Positions 1-8,925 of a DNA stretch of 64,000 bases are shown here, in pieces. The notes under the pieces are model-generated. The model was not told the origin of the DNA. It did not search any database and saw only the letters and a program-made list of their open reading frames with translations. The DNA is from an uncultured Acidimicrobiaceae bacterium (GTDB taxonomy: Bacteria; Actinomycetota; Acidimicrobiia; Spongiisociales; ZC4RG35). The stretch covers positions 4,354 to 68,353 of the forward strand of contig CAZYCX010000002.1 of the NCBI GenBank assembly GCA_964645875.1. The letters run 5' to 3'. Made by a program: the position numbers and the translations under genes. The first letter of the stretch is position 1; every line of letters begins with the position of its first letter.

Positions 1-203
1 TATGAGGGGCAGCCCATCCGTCGCAACCAAGGCAAGGCGTGACATCCCGACGATCCGGTTGCCATTTAACACCCCCGAACGTTCTCCACCGCCCATTGGT
101 GAGAATGTCGCGAGACCGTCGCTCTGAAGTGCATGGAACTGGTCCTGTAGCCAGGCACCTTCCGCAGAAGGTTGAGCGGACATGGCTGTCAGAATGTCTC
201 CTG

Positions 204-650
204 ATGCCCTCATGGTTCTTACAGGCTCTCATCGGCGGCCTCGCGGTTGCTCTGATGGCCAGGCTTATCTACGACCTGCTCGCGGACGTTCCCACGTGGG
301 CCGGTTCACTCAAGTCCTGGCGACGCCGACGAAGAGAAGATCGTCAGAAGGAAGAAAAGCGGCAACGACTTGGCGAATTGCAGCAAAGAGTGCGGAGCCG
401 CTGTGAATCTCTCGACATCGACCTTCCGTGGGAGCGTGACTGGGGATGGGCTGCCCCCGGCGTTTGCGTTGTCTACCGCTCGGGCGAACGCTCGTACTTC
501 ATCAATGCCTACGATCACGGGATCGGACAGTACGAAGCTGCCCTTCGAAGCGGCATAGTTCCGCGGAAAAGAACCTTCCACACTCCGGCTCCTAAACCGG
601 TCGTCGACTGGTCTGAGAAAGAACTCAATGAGTGGTTGGACCAACATTGA
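204..650 (+). CDS. hypothetical membrane-anchored protein (single N-terminal TM, basic coiled-coil segment, C-terminal domain of unknown function)
   Basis: ORF 39..650 trimmed to internal ATG at 204 (MPSWFLQALIGGLAVALMARLIYDLL hydrophobic helix), then an RRRRREDRQKEEKRQR stretch. No recognisable family. Confidence 0.4.
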   Translation: MPSWFLQALIGGLAVALMARLIYDLLADVPTWAGSLKSWRRRRREDRQKEEKRQRLGELQQRVRSRCESLDIDLPWERDWGWAAPGVCVVYRSGERSYFINAYDHGIGQYEAALRSGIVPRKRTFHTPAPKPVVDWSEKELNEWLDQH

Positions 651-1005
651 CGCCAAACGTTCGTACTCTCACGTATGTCTTCAGCAGGTCCATCTCAGCT
701 ACCTAGCGCATCAGCGACGACACCCGCCCTTGCCTCCCTTGCCTCATGCCCCAGCCGTCAAAGCCCTGATCGACGGCTGCTCTGCTGGCGATTCGCTGTC
801 GAACCTGTCGGGAAGCCGAGAGGAAAAACAGCATCTCTCCGAGCTGATTGAGTGGGTTAAATAGAAGGGTCGTCTTCGGGAGGAGACGGCTCGTTTGGTG
901 GTGTTGCCCCGCGCCGGTGAGTCGGACTTCCGCCGACTCGCTACATGAAGCACCAGTGAATCCTTACCCTTCGATCTGTAGCCGCCAGCGAAGGCCAATC
1001 TGATC

Positions 1006-2223
1006 ATGAAACTCGGAATCCTGTCACGAGCTCCCCAGGCGTACAGCACCCTGCGTCTCAAAAAGGCCGCCTCCGAACGCAGTCATCAGGTTCGAGTGTT
1101 GAACACGCTGCGCTTCGCGATCGACCTCTCCGGCGAGAAACCCATGCTCCAGTACCGGGGCAAACAGCTTTCTCACTACGACGCGGTTCTTCCACGCGTT
1201 GGTGCGTCCATCACGTTCTTTGGGCTTGCGGTGATGAGACAGTTCGAACAGATGGACGTCTACACACCCAATCCGTCCAATGGGATAGCCAACTCGCGTG
1301 ACAAATTGCGCTCCATCCAGATTCTTGCGAGACACGACATTGGAATTCCCGCGACGACTTTCGTTAGGGATCGCGCCGACGTGCTCGCGGCCATCCAGAG
1401 AGTCGGAGGCGCGCCGGTAGTCATCAAACTTCTGGAGGGAACCCAGGGAATCGGGGTGATCCTCGCGCCGGACAGAAAGGTGGCTGAAGCAATCATCGAA
1501 ACGCTCCAAAGCACCAGACAGAACGTGCTCATTCAGAGGTTTATCGCAGAAAGCAAGGGACGTGACATCAGGGCCATCGTGGTCGGCGACCGAGTCGTCG
1601 CCTCGATGCGCCGGCGAGCCCAGGGTGACGAGTTTCGTTCCAACGTCCATCGCGGCGGCGAAACCGAAGCAGTGGAACTCGACGACGAATACGCACGCGT
1701 AGCGGTTCAGAGCGCACAAATCATGGGCCTTCGAGTGGCTGGCGTCGACATGCTGGAGAGTGAAGAAGGGCCCCTCGTACTGGAGGTCAACTCGTCGCCA
1801 GGGTTGGAAGGGATCGAGTCCGCCACTGGTCTCGATGTCGCAGGAGCGATCATCGACTACATCGCAAGCCAGGTCGCCTTCCCAGAGGTTGACATCCGGC
1901 AACGACTGACTGTTAGCACCTCTTACGGCGTCGCAGAACTACTTGTCCGCGAAGGGGCCGAACTCGTTGGGCAAACCATCGACGAGTCGGGGCTGCGTGA
2001 CAGAGACATCACAATCCTGACGCTCACTCGGGGCATCCATGTGATCCCCAATCCTCGACCCAGCCGTGTCCTCGAATCCGAAGACCGCTTACTCTGCTTC
2101 GGCAAGCTGGAATCAATGAAACGCCTCATCCCAGAACGTCGTCGACGCAGCCAACCGAGAGTCAAATCGCTGCCCAAGGAACCCCTTGTCGAATCGGAAG
2201 CAACTACCGGGTCCCTGACATGA
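1006..2223 (+). CDS. rimK: RimK-family alpha-L-glutamate ligase (ATP-grasp) with C-terminal RCK_C/TrkA-C-like domain
   Basis: About 300 aa collinear with E. coli RimK (KLLEGTQGIGV, DIRAIVVGD, EFRSNVHRGG, LEVNSSPGLEGIE). Extra about 100 aa tail (LVGQTIDESGLRDRDITILTLTRGIHVIPNPRPSRVLESEDRLLCFG) resembles TrkA-C/RCK_C. Confidence 0.85.
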   Translation: MKLGILSRAPQAYSTLRLKKAASERSHQVRVLNTLRFAIDLSGEKPMLQYRGKQLSHYDAVLPRVGASITFFGLAVMRQFEQMDVYTPNPSNGIANSRDKLRSIQILARHDIGIPATTFVRDRADVLAAIQRVGGAPVVIKLLEGTQGIGVILAPDRKVAEAIIETLQSTRQNVLIQRFIAESKGRDIRAIVVGDRVVASMRRRAQGDEFRSNVHRGGETEAVELDDEYARVAVQSAQIMGLRVAGVDMLESEEGPLVLEVNSSPGLEGIESATGLDVAGAIIDYIASQVAFPEVDIRQRLTVSTSYGVAELLVREGAELVGQTIDESGLRDRDITILTLTRGIHVIPNPRPSRVLESEDRLLCFGKLESMKRLIPERRRRSQPRVKSLPKEPLVESEATTGSLT

Positions 2224-2538
2224 AGTCGTCGGCATCTCGACATGGTCGCCGCCGACCGGCCAGCGTCGCCGACGACTCCACCCAACTGGTCCACCCGGTC
2301 TACGCCACCCGAGCCTCTCTTGCCCACGTTCACGTCCAGGCGTTGGCACCGGCCAGAGCACCGTTGGGGACTCGAAGTTGTGTCACCACTCTGACCGGCC
2401 GTTCGTAGCCGCCAAACTCGCCCCCGGATAGACCATGAAGCCAGCGGATCTCTCCTCGCGGCGTCAACCGAGTCCTGTGTCCGTGGTAACCCTGCCGACC
2501 AGCTTGATGTTGATTCCACGGAATAGGACTGTCCTTTT

Positions 2539-2564
2539 GTCAACACCGGGCACCCGGTGTTGAC
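2539..2564. promoter_or_regulatory. perfect 12-bp inverted repeat GTCAACACCGGG-ca-CCCGGTGTTGAC (candidate operator / structured site)
   Basis: Seen directly in the non-coding stretch 2.23-2.88 kb. No U-run after it on either strand, so not a canonical terminator. Confidence 0.4.
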
Positions 2565-2692
2565 CGGAGGTCACGGGTGAGAGCGCCCTCTGCTGTGCGA
2601 CCTTCTGTGCAACGTGTGTGCAACACGACGAACGTCTGTCCTGATCAGTCGGGTAAAAGTCCAGGTAGATGCGATTGGCCCCGAGGCAATAG

Positions 2693-2740
2693 TCTGACTA
2701 CGGGTCAGAAGGTTGGGGGTTCGAGTCCTCCCGAGCGCGC
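2693..2740 (+). other. tRNA-Arg(ACG)-like 3' fragment (anticodon arm + variable loop + T-arm + 3' acceptor strand; no matching 5' acceptor strand)
   Basis: tctga/ctACGgg/tcaga anticodon stem-loop, 5-nt variable loop, GGGGG-TTCGAGT-CCTCC T-arm, cgagcgc acceptor 3' strand plus discriminator G. Upstream 5' half does not pair (about 2 of 7 acceptor pairs). Confidence 0.35.
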
Positions 2741-2879
2741 TGCCGACCAATGGTGTGGGTCAGCGGTCTATGTCGGTGTCCGGCGTCTCGCGCCTCGAGT
2801 GAATCTGTTGTACGGATATGCGTTCTGACGGCGGCTATACGTCCAACAGACATGTCAGGGCGGCGCAGCGATCCCCTTA

Positions 2880-3278
2880 CCTAGCATTCCGGTCCGAAGG
2901 ACTCGATAGGTGTCTGATCGGGGACGATCACCGCCCTACCGACGACCAGTCGGTCACCGAGTCTCTGCGTGGCCAATCCCGACAAGTTGCGGATGAGCCT
3001 GGAGGCGGTCGACTTCGTGCGGTCGTTCTTCGAGGCGGGGAAGCCGGTGGCGGTGATATGCCACGGTCCCTGGACCCTCGTGAGGCCGATGTCCTCGAAG
3101 GACGCTCGATCACCAGCTACCCGAGTATCAGAACCGACATCGAGAACGCAGGTGGACGATGAAGTCGTCATCTGTGAGGACGGGCCGAACCGGTTGATCT
3201 CGAGCCGGCCGTCCTCGCGATCTGCCTGCCTTCAAGAAGGCGCTGGTGCAAACACTGGAAGCGCTGGCGGTGATCTGA
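2880..3278 (+). pseudogene. DJ-1/PfpI-family (class I glutamine amidotransferase-like) pseudogene, at least 3 frameshifts, N-terminus degenerate
   Basis: Three different frames carry successive pieces of one DJ-1/PfpI C-terminal half: [15 protein letters not shown], then [26 protein letters not shown], then [18 protein letters not shown], then [19 protein letters not shown]. Confidence 0.55.
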
Positions 3279-3293
3279 GAAAAACGGGGCCCC

Positions 3294-4355
3294 TCAGGTC
3301 GCCTCGGTCCCCAGACGCCGCCAGATGTCGACTCCGGCCTCGTCGCGGAGGAATCCGTGCACGTAGTCAGGGATTCCCGGGGCGCTCACCCGGGTCAGCG
3401 CATCCATCTCCTCGTCCTCCAGATCCCAAGCCAGAGCACCCAGGTTGCCGTTGAGCTGCTCGACGGTCCGGGCCCCGATGAGCACCGACGAGACCGACGG
3501 CCGGTTGCGCAGCCAGTTGAGGGCGACCTGGCTCATGGTCACCCCGCGTCTCTCGGCGATCCGCTCCACCTCGGCGAGAACGCTCCAGGTCCGGTCGGTG
3601 TTGCGTCGGTCGTACGCCTCGACCCCACGGTTGGGATCCTCGCCGAGGCGGGTCGCGCCGATGGGACGACTCTCGCGTGAGTACTTTCCCGTCAGCCACC
3701 CGCCACCCAGAGGTGACCAGGGGAGCAGCCCGAGCCCGTTCTCGATGCTGGCCGGGAGGATCTCCAGCTCGATGTCCCGGGCGAGAAGGTTGTACTGTGG
3801 CTGGAGGGACACCGGCGGCGCCCAGCCGTTGTGACCGGCGACTTGAACGGCGCGCTCAATCTGCCAGCCGGTGTAGTTGGAGATGCCGAGGAAGCGGACC
3901 TTCCCTCCATCAACGAACGAGTTCAGGGCACCGAGAGTCTCCTCGACCGGCACATTGGGATCCCAGGCGTGCATCTGGTACAGGTCGATGGCGTCGACGC
4001 CGAGACGCTTCAGGCTGGCATCGACGGCTCGCTCGAGGTAGTCCGAGCCTGCCCCGCGCATGTCCGGCCCGTCACCCATGGGAAATCGGGCCTTGGTGGC
4101 GATGACCATCTCGTCACGGGCGTCGGTGCTCTCCAACCACCGTCCGATGATTTCCTCGGAGATGCCCCGGCTGTAGACGTCGGCGGTGTCGATGAACCTG
4201 CCCCCGGCGTCGAAGTAGTGGTCGAGGATCGCACGGGATGTCACCTCGTCCGATTCGGCTCCGAACGTCATCGTCCCGATCCCGAAGACACTCACGTTCA
4301 GCTCGGAGGTGCCCAGGGATCTCGACTCCATGGCCCGAGTGTACGTCCGTGTCAC
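3294..4355 (-). CDS. aldo/keto reductase family oxidoreductase
   Basis: AKR fold motifs ([21 protein letters not shown]) typical of aldo/keto reductases. Likely true start at internal MESRSLG (about 4331). Confidence 0.85.
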   Translation of the reverse strand: MTRTYTRAMESRSLGTSELNVSVFGIGTMTFGAESDEVTSRAILDHYFDAGGRFIDTADVYSRGISEEIIGRWLESTDARDEMVIATKARFPMGDGPDMRGAGSDYLERAVDASLKRLGVDAIDLYQMHAWDPNVPVEETLGALNSFVDGGKVRFLGISNYTGWQIERAVQVAGHNGWAPPVSLQPQYNLLARDIELEILPASIENGLGLLPWSPLGGGWLTGKYSRESRPIGATRLGEDPNRGVEAYDRRNTDRTWSVLAEVERIAERRGVTMSQVALNWLRNRPSVSSVLIGARTVEQLNGNLGALAWDLEDEEMDALTRVSAPGIPDYVHGFLRDEAGVDIWRRLGTEAT

Positions 4356-7120
4356 GCACCTCTCATCGGGGGTCGGGACTCGACGACGAAGGAAGTGAGT
4401 TGGTCGTCGTTCATCGATCGGCCACGGTGGAGCGCCGCGTCGAAGACCTCCTCGTCCAGAGTCGATCGGGCTTCGTCCACCGCCAATTCGAGATAGTCGA
4501 CTAGGTCCCAGCGGACCGTCAGGTCCCGTTCAGCCAGCGCTTGGGACGCACCGGACGCTGCCGCGACTCTCTCGAAGAGCCCCAGGGCGCGATCGACACC
4601 CGCACCAAAGGCGAGAAGCAGTTGATGGCTGGTCATGCCGGAGCGTGTCTCGGGATCAGCCAGGATTTCTGAAGCGGTGGCCACGAAGTCGTCTGCAGCC
4701 GACAGATCGCCCTGCTCGACTCGGCATGCGGCCAGCCCCGCTCTCAGCTGTGGGTCGGCCGTGTCGAGGTCTTCGCTATGCCGTTCGGCTGCTTCGAACT
4801 GACGGGCAGCCTCTTCCCACTCACCCTGACTGAATTCGAAGAAGGCGCGTTGGCTGGCGAGGCCGGCGAGACGGTCCGAGCCGAGCCCGCGGGCGGCCTC
4901 TTCTGCCTCCTCGAACAGTCGACGGGCGGCGACGGGATCGCCGCCAGGATCGCGATGGTGAGCCAGGTTGGCCAGGGCCATGGCGACCGTGAACTGATCC
5001 TCCGACCGGCGGCCCAGTTCGAGCACCTCGCCCTGTATCTCCGTGTAGATCTCGTTCCTCGGACCGGCTCGATCTGAGTAGAGGAGGAACATGCTCAGGT
5101 TGTTCAGGGCACGAGCGAAGTCGACGACGACGTCCCCCTCCATCCCTTGACGATCGAGATCGCGGAAGATGGCGACGCTCTCCTCTACGAGCTCGATGGA
5201 TCGGGCGTTGTCTCCACCGAGATACAGGGCTGCCCCGTACGCCATCAACCAGGAAGCCCTGTCCAGGGGAGCTGTTTCCTCAGTCACCAGGTCCGCCATT
5301 TGTTCGCACCAGGTGAGCAGTTCAGACCATTGCCCCAGCGCCAATGAGATACGGGAGTACGGATAGAGGGAGGCAATGGCCAACTCTGCCTCTCCGGCCC
5401 CGATCGCCCAGGTCATCGCCTGGCGAAGGTTGGCCATCTCGGCGTGGATCTTGCGCCGGATCTCGGGTCCGTCCGGCCCCCAGATACGACGTCGGATGTT
5501 CGGCCCTGACAGCCGGGCGAAGAACTGCGCGTGGCGGCGTCGCCATGAGTCAGAGTTGCCCTCCTCATCGAGACGGTCGCGGGCGTACTGTCGCAGAGTC
5601 TCCAACAGCCCGTAGCGGGAAGCACCATGGACTTCGTCGACCACGACGAGCGACTTGTCGACCAGGGCAGGGAGCAGTTCGAGGACGTCGAACTCGACGA
5701 TCGGGTCTCCCGTGCAGACCGCCTCCACCGCTTCGAAGGTGAACCCGCCAGAGAACACCGAGAGACGGCGAAACAGCGCCTTCTCCGGCTCGCTGAGCAA
5801 TCGGTAGGACCAGTCGATCGCTGCGGTGAGGGTCTGCTGGCGCGGCATGGCGGTCCGGGCGCCGCCGGTGAGGAGACGAAATCGCTGGTCGAGGTAGGAG
5901 GCGACCTGTTCGAGGCTGAAACTGCGAAGTCGGGCCGCCGCCAGCTCTATGGCCAACGGCATACCGTCGAGGCGTCTGCAGATCTCTGCCACCGTTGACG
6001 CGTTCTCGGATGTGACGGCGAAGTCGGGTCGACCGGCAGCCGCCCTCTCCAGGAACAATCCAATGGCGTCGGCCGAGCGAATCTCCTGGAGGTCCTGCTC
6101 ATCCCGGTCTGGGACCGCCATCGATCGGAGGCGATAGGAGACCTCCCCGCCGATGCCCAGGAGTTCTCGGCTGGTGGCGATGACACTCACGTTCGGCGCC
6201 GCGTTCAGGATGTCATCGATGAGACCGGCGGCAGCGTCGATCAGGTGCTCACAGTTGTCGACGACGATGACCATTTCCCGGGCGGAGACGTGCTCGAGGA
6301 TCGCCTGGCGTGGACTGGTCCCAGACGACTGCTGGAGGTTCAAGGCCGACACGACCGCGGCGTCGATGGCATCCGGATCGGTGACCGTGGCCAACTCCAC
6401 CAGCCACACACCATCTGAGAACCCCGGAGCCACATCTGCGGCCACGTGGAGGGCGAGTCGCGTCTTGCCGGCTCCGCCCACCCCGGAGATGGTGACCATC
6501 CGGTGTTGGGCGAGAAGCTCATCCAGTTCGCCGAGCTCGACCTCCCTACCGATGAAGGATGTCGTGAAGTGAGGGAGGTTGTTGGGGGCGGCATCGAGGG
6601 TTCGCAACCTGGGGAACTCGTCCGCCATGCCGTCGACTGTCACCTGAAAGATCCGCTCCGGGCTGGTCAAGTCTCGGAGTCGATGCTCTCCCAAGTCCAC
6701 CAACGGGATCCCGGCTCCTTTGACCAACTCTCCCGTCACGGCGCTGCACAGCACCTGACCGCCATGTCCGGCGTCCATCAGCCGAGCCGTGCGCGAGACG
6801 GCCAGCCCGAAGTAGTCACCTTCACGCTCCGCCGCGGTCCCGGTGTGTATCCCAATCCGAATCGACAGGGCCCCTACCTCATCGTGAGGTGTCTCGGTAA
6901 GCCGTCGTTGAATGTCAGTGGCGGCCTTCACCGCCGCCACCGGGTCATCGAATACGGCTGCCATTCCGTCTCCGGTGTGCTTGAACACATGCCCGCCAGA
7001 TGCAATCACTGCCTCGTTGAGCAATTGGTCGTGCGCGGCCAGGGCTGTCTCCATCGCCGCCGGATGCTGCTGCCACAGCCGGGTGGAGCCAGCGATGTCG
7101 GTGAACAGGAATGTCGTCAT
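4352..7120 (-). CDS. class III adenylate/guanylate cyclase domain - AAA/STAND ATPase - TPR repeat regulatory protein (922 aa)
   Basis: N-terminal CHD (FTDIAGSTRLW, KHTGDGMAAVF, GIHTGTAAEREGDYFG), Walker A GVGGAGKTRLAL, long helical/TPR-like C-terminus. No LuxR HTH seen. 4-nt overlap with AKR gene. Confidence 0.8.
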   Translation of the reverse strand: MTTFLFTDIAGSTRLWQQHPAAMETALAAHDQLLNEAVIASGGHVFKHTGDGMAAVFDDPVAAVKAATDIQRRLTETPHDEVGALSIRIGIHTGTAAEREGDYFGLAVSRTARLMDAGHGGQVLCSAVTGELVKGAGIPLVDLGEHRLRDLTSPERIFQVTVDGMADEFPRLRTLDAAPNNLPHFTTSFIGREVELGELDELLAQHRMVTISGVGGAGKTRLALHVAADVAPGFSDGVWLVELATVTDPDAIDAAVVSALNLQQSSGTSPRQAILEHVSAREMVIVVDNCEHLIDAAAGLIDDILNAAPNVSVIATSRELLGIGGEVSYRLRSMAVPDRDEQDLQEIRSADAIGLFLERAAAGRPDFAVTSENASTVAEICRRLDGMPLAIELAAARLRSFSLEQVASYLDQRFRLLTGGARTAMPRQQTLTAAIDWSYRLLSEPEKALFRRLSVFSGGFTFEAVEAVCTGDPIVEFDVLELLPALVDKSLVVVDEVHGASRYGLLETLRQYARDRLDEEGNSDSWRRRHAQFFARLSGPNIRRRIWGPDGPEIRRKIHAEMANLRQAMTWAIGAGEAELAIASLYPYSRISLALGQWSELLTWCEQMADLVTEETAPLDRASWLMAYGAALYLGGDNARSIELVEESVAIFRDLDRQGMEGDVVVDFARALNNLSMFLLYSDRAGPRNEIYTEIQGEVLELGRRSEDQFTVAMALANLAHHRDPGGDPVAARRLFEEAEEAARGLGSDRLAGLASQRAFFEFSQGEWEEAARQFEAAERHSEDLDTADPQLRAGLAACRVEQGDLSAADDFVATASEILADPETRSGMTSHQLLLAFGAGVDRALGLFERVAAASGASQALAERDLTVRWDLVDYLELAVDEARSTLDEEVFDAALHRGRSMNDDQLTSFVVESRPPMRGA

Positions 7121-7266
7121 GGTCGGTCGAGACTAAGGCATTGCTCGCTGCTGGGATCCTTCCCGGTGTCCCCGCCGTCACGTGGTCGTTGCACTCGGCC
7201 GAACTCACCTGCACCCGGCGGGGCATCTTCTTCTACTGTTCGCCCGATGCTCCAGAAAGAACGACC

Positions 7267-7683
7267 ATGATCCTCGAACTGTTCGGTGCCTTGAACTGGC
7301 TAGCGATCGTGGTGGCCACGCTCGTCTGGTTTGGGTTCTCGGCGATCTGGTACTCGATCCCTCCTCTCAGCCAGGCCTGGGCGAAGGCGGCCGGGGTCGA
7401 CACCACGGGAGACGGGCCGCCATTGGCGCTCCTGTTCATACCCACCCTGATCGGCTACTTCGTCACCACGGTCGTGATCGGGTTGCTGGTGGCGGCGACC
7501 GGTGTGATGACTGTTGGCGACGGCATCGTTCTCGGCGCGGTGCTCGGGGTCGGGTTCGGGATGGTCGGTGCCCTGGTCAACCAGGTGTACGAACGCAAGG
7601 GTGGCTCGTATTTCCTGATCAACGGGCTCAACGCCGTCATCGCCTACGCCATCGTGGCTGCGATCCTCGCCGTCTGGACCTGA
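7267..7683 (+). CDS. DUF1761-family membrane protein
   Basis: Hydrophobic 4-TM protein MILELFGALNWLAIVVATLVWFGFSAIWYSIPP; ORF 7111.. trimmed to ATG 7267. Confidence 0.6.
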   Translation: MILELFGALNWLAIVVATLVWFGFSAIWYSIPPLSQAWAKAAGVDTTGDGPPLALLFIPTLIGYFVTTVVIGLLVAATGVMTVGDGIVLGAVLGVGFGMVGALVNQVYERKGGSYFLINGLNAVIAYAIVAAILAVWT

Positions 7684-7688
7684 AGAGC

Positions 7689-8174
7689 ATGATCCGGGAG
7701 ATGGACCTCTCGGACTGGCCGTCCGTCGCCCGTATCTACTCCGAAGGCATCGAGAGCGGCCATGCCACCTTCGAGACCGACGTGCCCGGCTGGGAGGCGT
7801 GGGATTCCGGGCACCTCGAGGATTGCCGTCTCGTCGCCGAGGTCGAAGGAGAGGTCGTCGCCTGGGCTGCGTTGAGCCCGGTGTCGCCACGGCGCGTCTA
7901 TCGAGGAGTGGCCGAAGTCAGTCTCTATGTCGGCTCTGCCGCACGAGGGAGGCAGGTGGGGTCTGAGTTGCTCGCTGCTCTCGTCGAGTGCTCGGAGAAC
8001 GCGGGGACTTGGACCCTGCAGGCGGTCATCTTCCCCGAGAACGAAGCCAGCATCGCCCTCCACGCCCGACACGGATTCCGCCTCGTCGGGACGCGGGAGA
8101 GGATCGGCTCCCATCATGAGCGATGGCGGGACACCGTGCTCCTGGAGCGGCGCAGCCTGAATGTCGGTCGGTGA
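7689..8174 (+). CDS. GNAT family N-acetyltransferase
   Basis: 161-aa product from the 7182 frame, start ATG 7689; acetyl-CoA binding-like motif RGRQVGSELL and overall GNAT layout. Confidence 0.75.
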   Translation: MIREMDLSDWPSVARIYSEGIESGHATFETDVPGWEAWDSGHLEDCRLVAEVEGEVVAWAALSPVSPRRVYRGVAEVSLYVGSAARGRQVGSELLAALVECSENAGTWTLQAVIFPENEASIALHARHGFRLVGTRERIGSHHERWRDTVLLERRSLNVGR

Positions 8175-8184
8175 GGCCCGAAGG

Positions 8185-8619
8185 TCAGGTAGCCACTCGC
8201 AAGCGGTCGTCGATCATGGAGACCCCGTCGACATGACGGATCAAATCGATGAGACGCGCTCGGGCGGCCTCGTCGTCGACAGAGCCGGTGATCTGCACCA
8301 TGCCGTCGGTGATGTCGATCTCGATGTCGTCGGATCCATCCCAATATCCGAGCGCCTCGCTGCGGACCTTCTGCATCAGCGTCTCATCGTCGTAGTCCCG
8401 CTCCGGGCGAAGAGCGTCGGCGACGTCATGGATGACTCCGCGCGCCACCCCCTTCTGGTACTCGGCGGTCTTCTTCATCGAGTCGGACACGTCCCGACTT
8501 CGAGCCGCGGCCTGGTCGGCGAGTCGGGCCCGACGGGAGCGCCCCCGGTCGGGGTCGAATAGATATGCCAGCACCGCACCGGCGGCCACGCCGATGCCGA
8601 AGAGCAGCGATTTGGGCAT
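8185..8619 (-). CDS. BON-domain (OsmY-like) protein with N-terminal TM anchor
   Basis: RBS AGGAGG + ATG (MPKSLLFGIGVAAGAVLAYLF), C-terminal BON-like ITDGMVQITGSVDDEAARARLIDLIRHVDGV. Confidence 0.65.
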   Translation of the reverse strand: MPKSLLFGIGVAAGAVLAYLFDPDRGRSRRARLADQAAARSRDVSDSMKKTAEYQKGVARGVIHDVADALRPERDYDDETLMQKVRSEALGYWDGSDDIEIDITDGMVQITGSVDDEAARARLIDLIRHVDGVSMIDDRLRVAT

Positions 8620-8636
8620 TTGTTCCTCCTGAATCT

Positions 8637-8843
8637 TCAATCCTCTGAGTCGTCTTCGGGCACTCCGGGGGAGATGTCTCCAGGCCCCACCACTCCCATG
8701 CCTTCGGCACCGGGGTCGGCGGGTGGCGAGGTCGGCTCGATGGCATCGTCGGACCACGGCTTGTTCCCCGTCGCCAGCTTGATGCCGGCGTAGAGGGCGA
8801 ACAGGCCCAGGACCACCAGGAGAATCGACCAGATGTCACCCAT
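8637..8843 (-). CDS. small membrane protein (hypothetical)
   Basis: MGDIWSILLVVLGLFALYAGIKLATGNKPW single TM + acidic tail; immediately upstream of BON gene. Confidence 0.4.
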   Translation of the reverse strand: MGDIWSILLVVLGLFALYAGIKLATGNKPWSDDAIEPTSPPADPGAEGMGVVGPGDISPGVPEDDSED

Positions 8844-8925
8844 GTAAGGTCGATACCCGACGTGGCTCCTGGTCAAACGGGCCGCCCGTCAGGAGGCGCC
8901 TGTTCACGAAGCTCTCTGGGGACCT

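Noticed and set aside
2400-2800. Possible tmRNA or RNase P RNA in the gene-free stretch
   Set aside because: No GGGGCUGA 5' end pairing with the tRNA-like 3' end, no RNase P conserved P4/GGAAAGUCCGG core; interpreted instead as tRNA 3' fragment.
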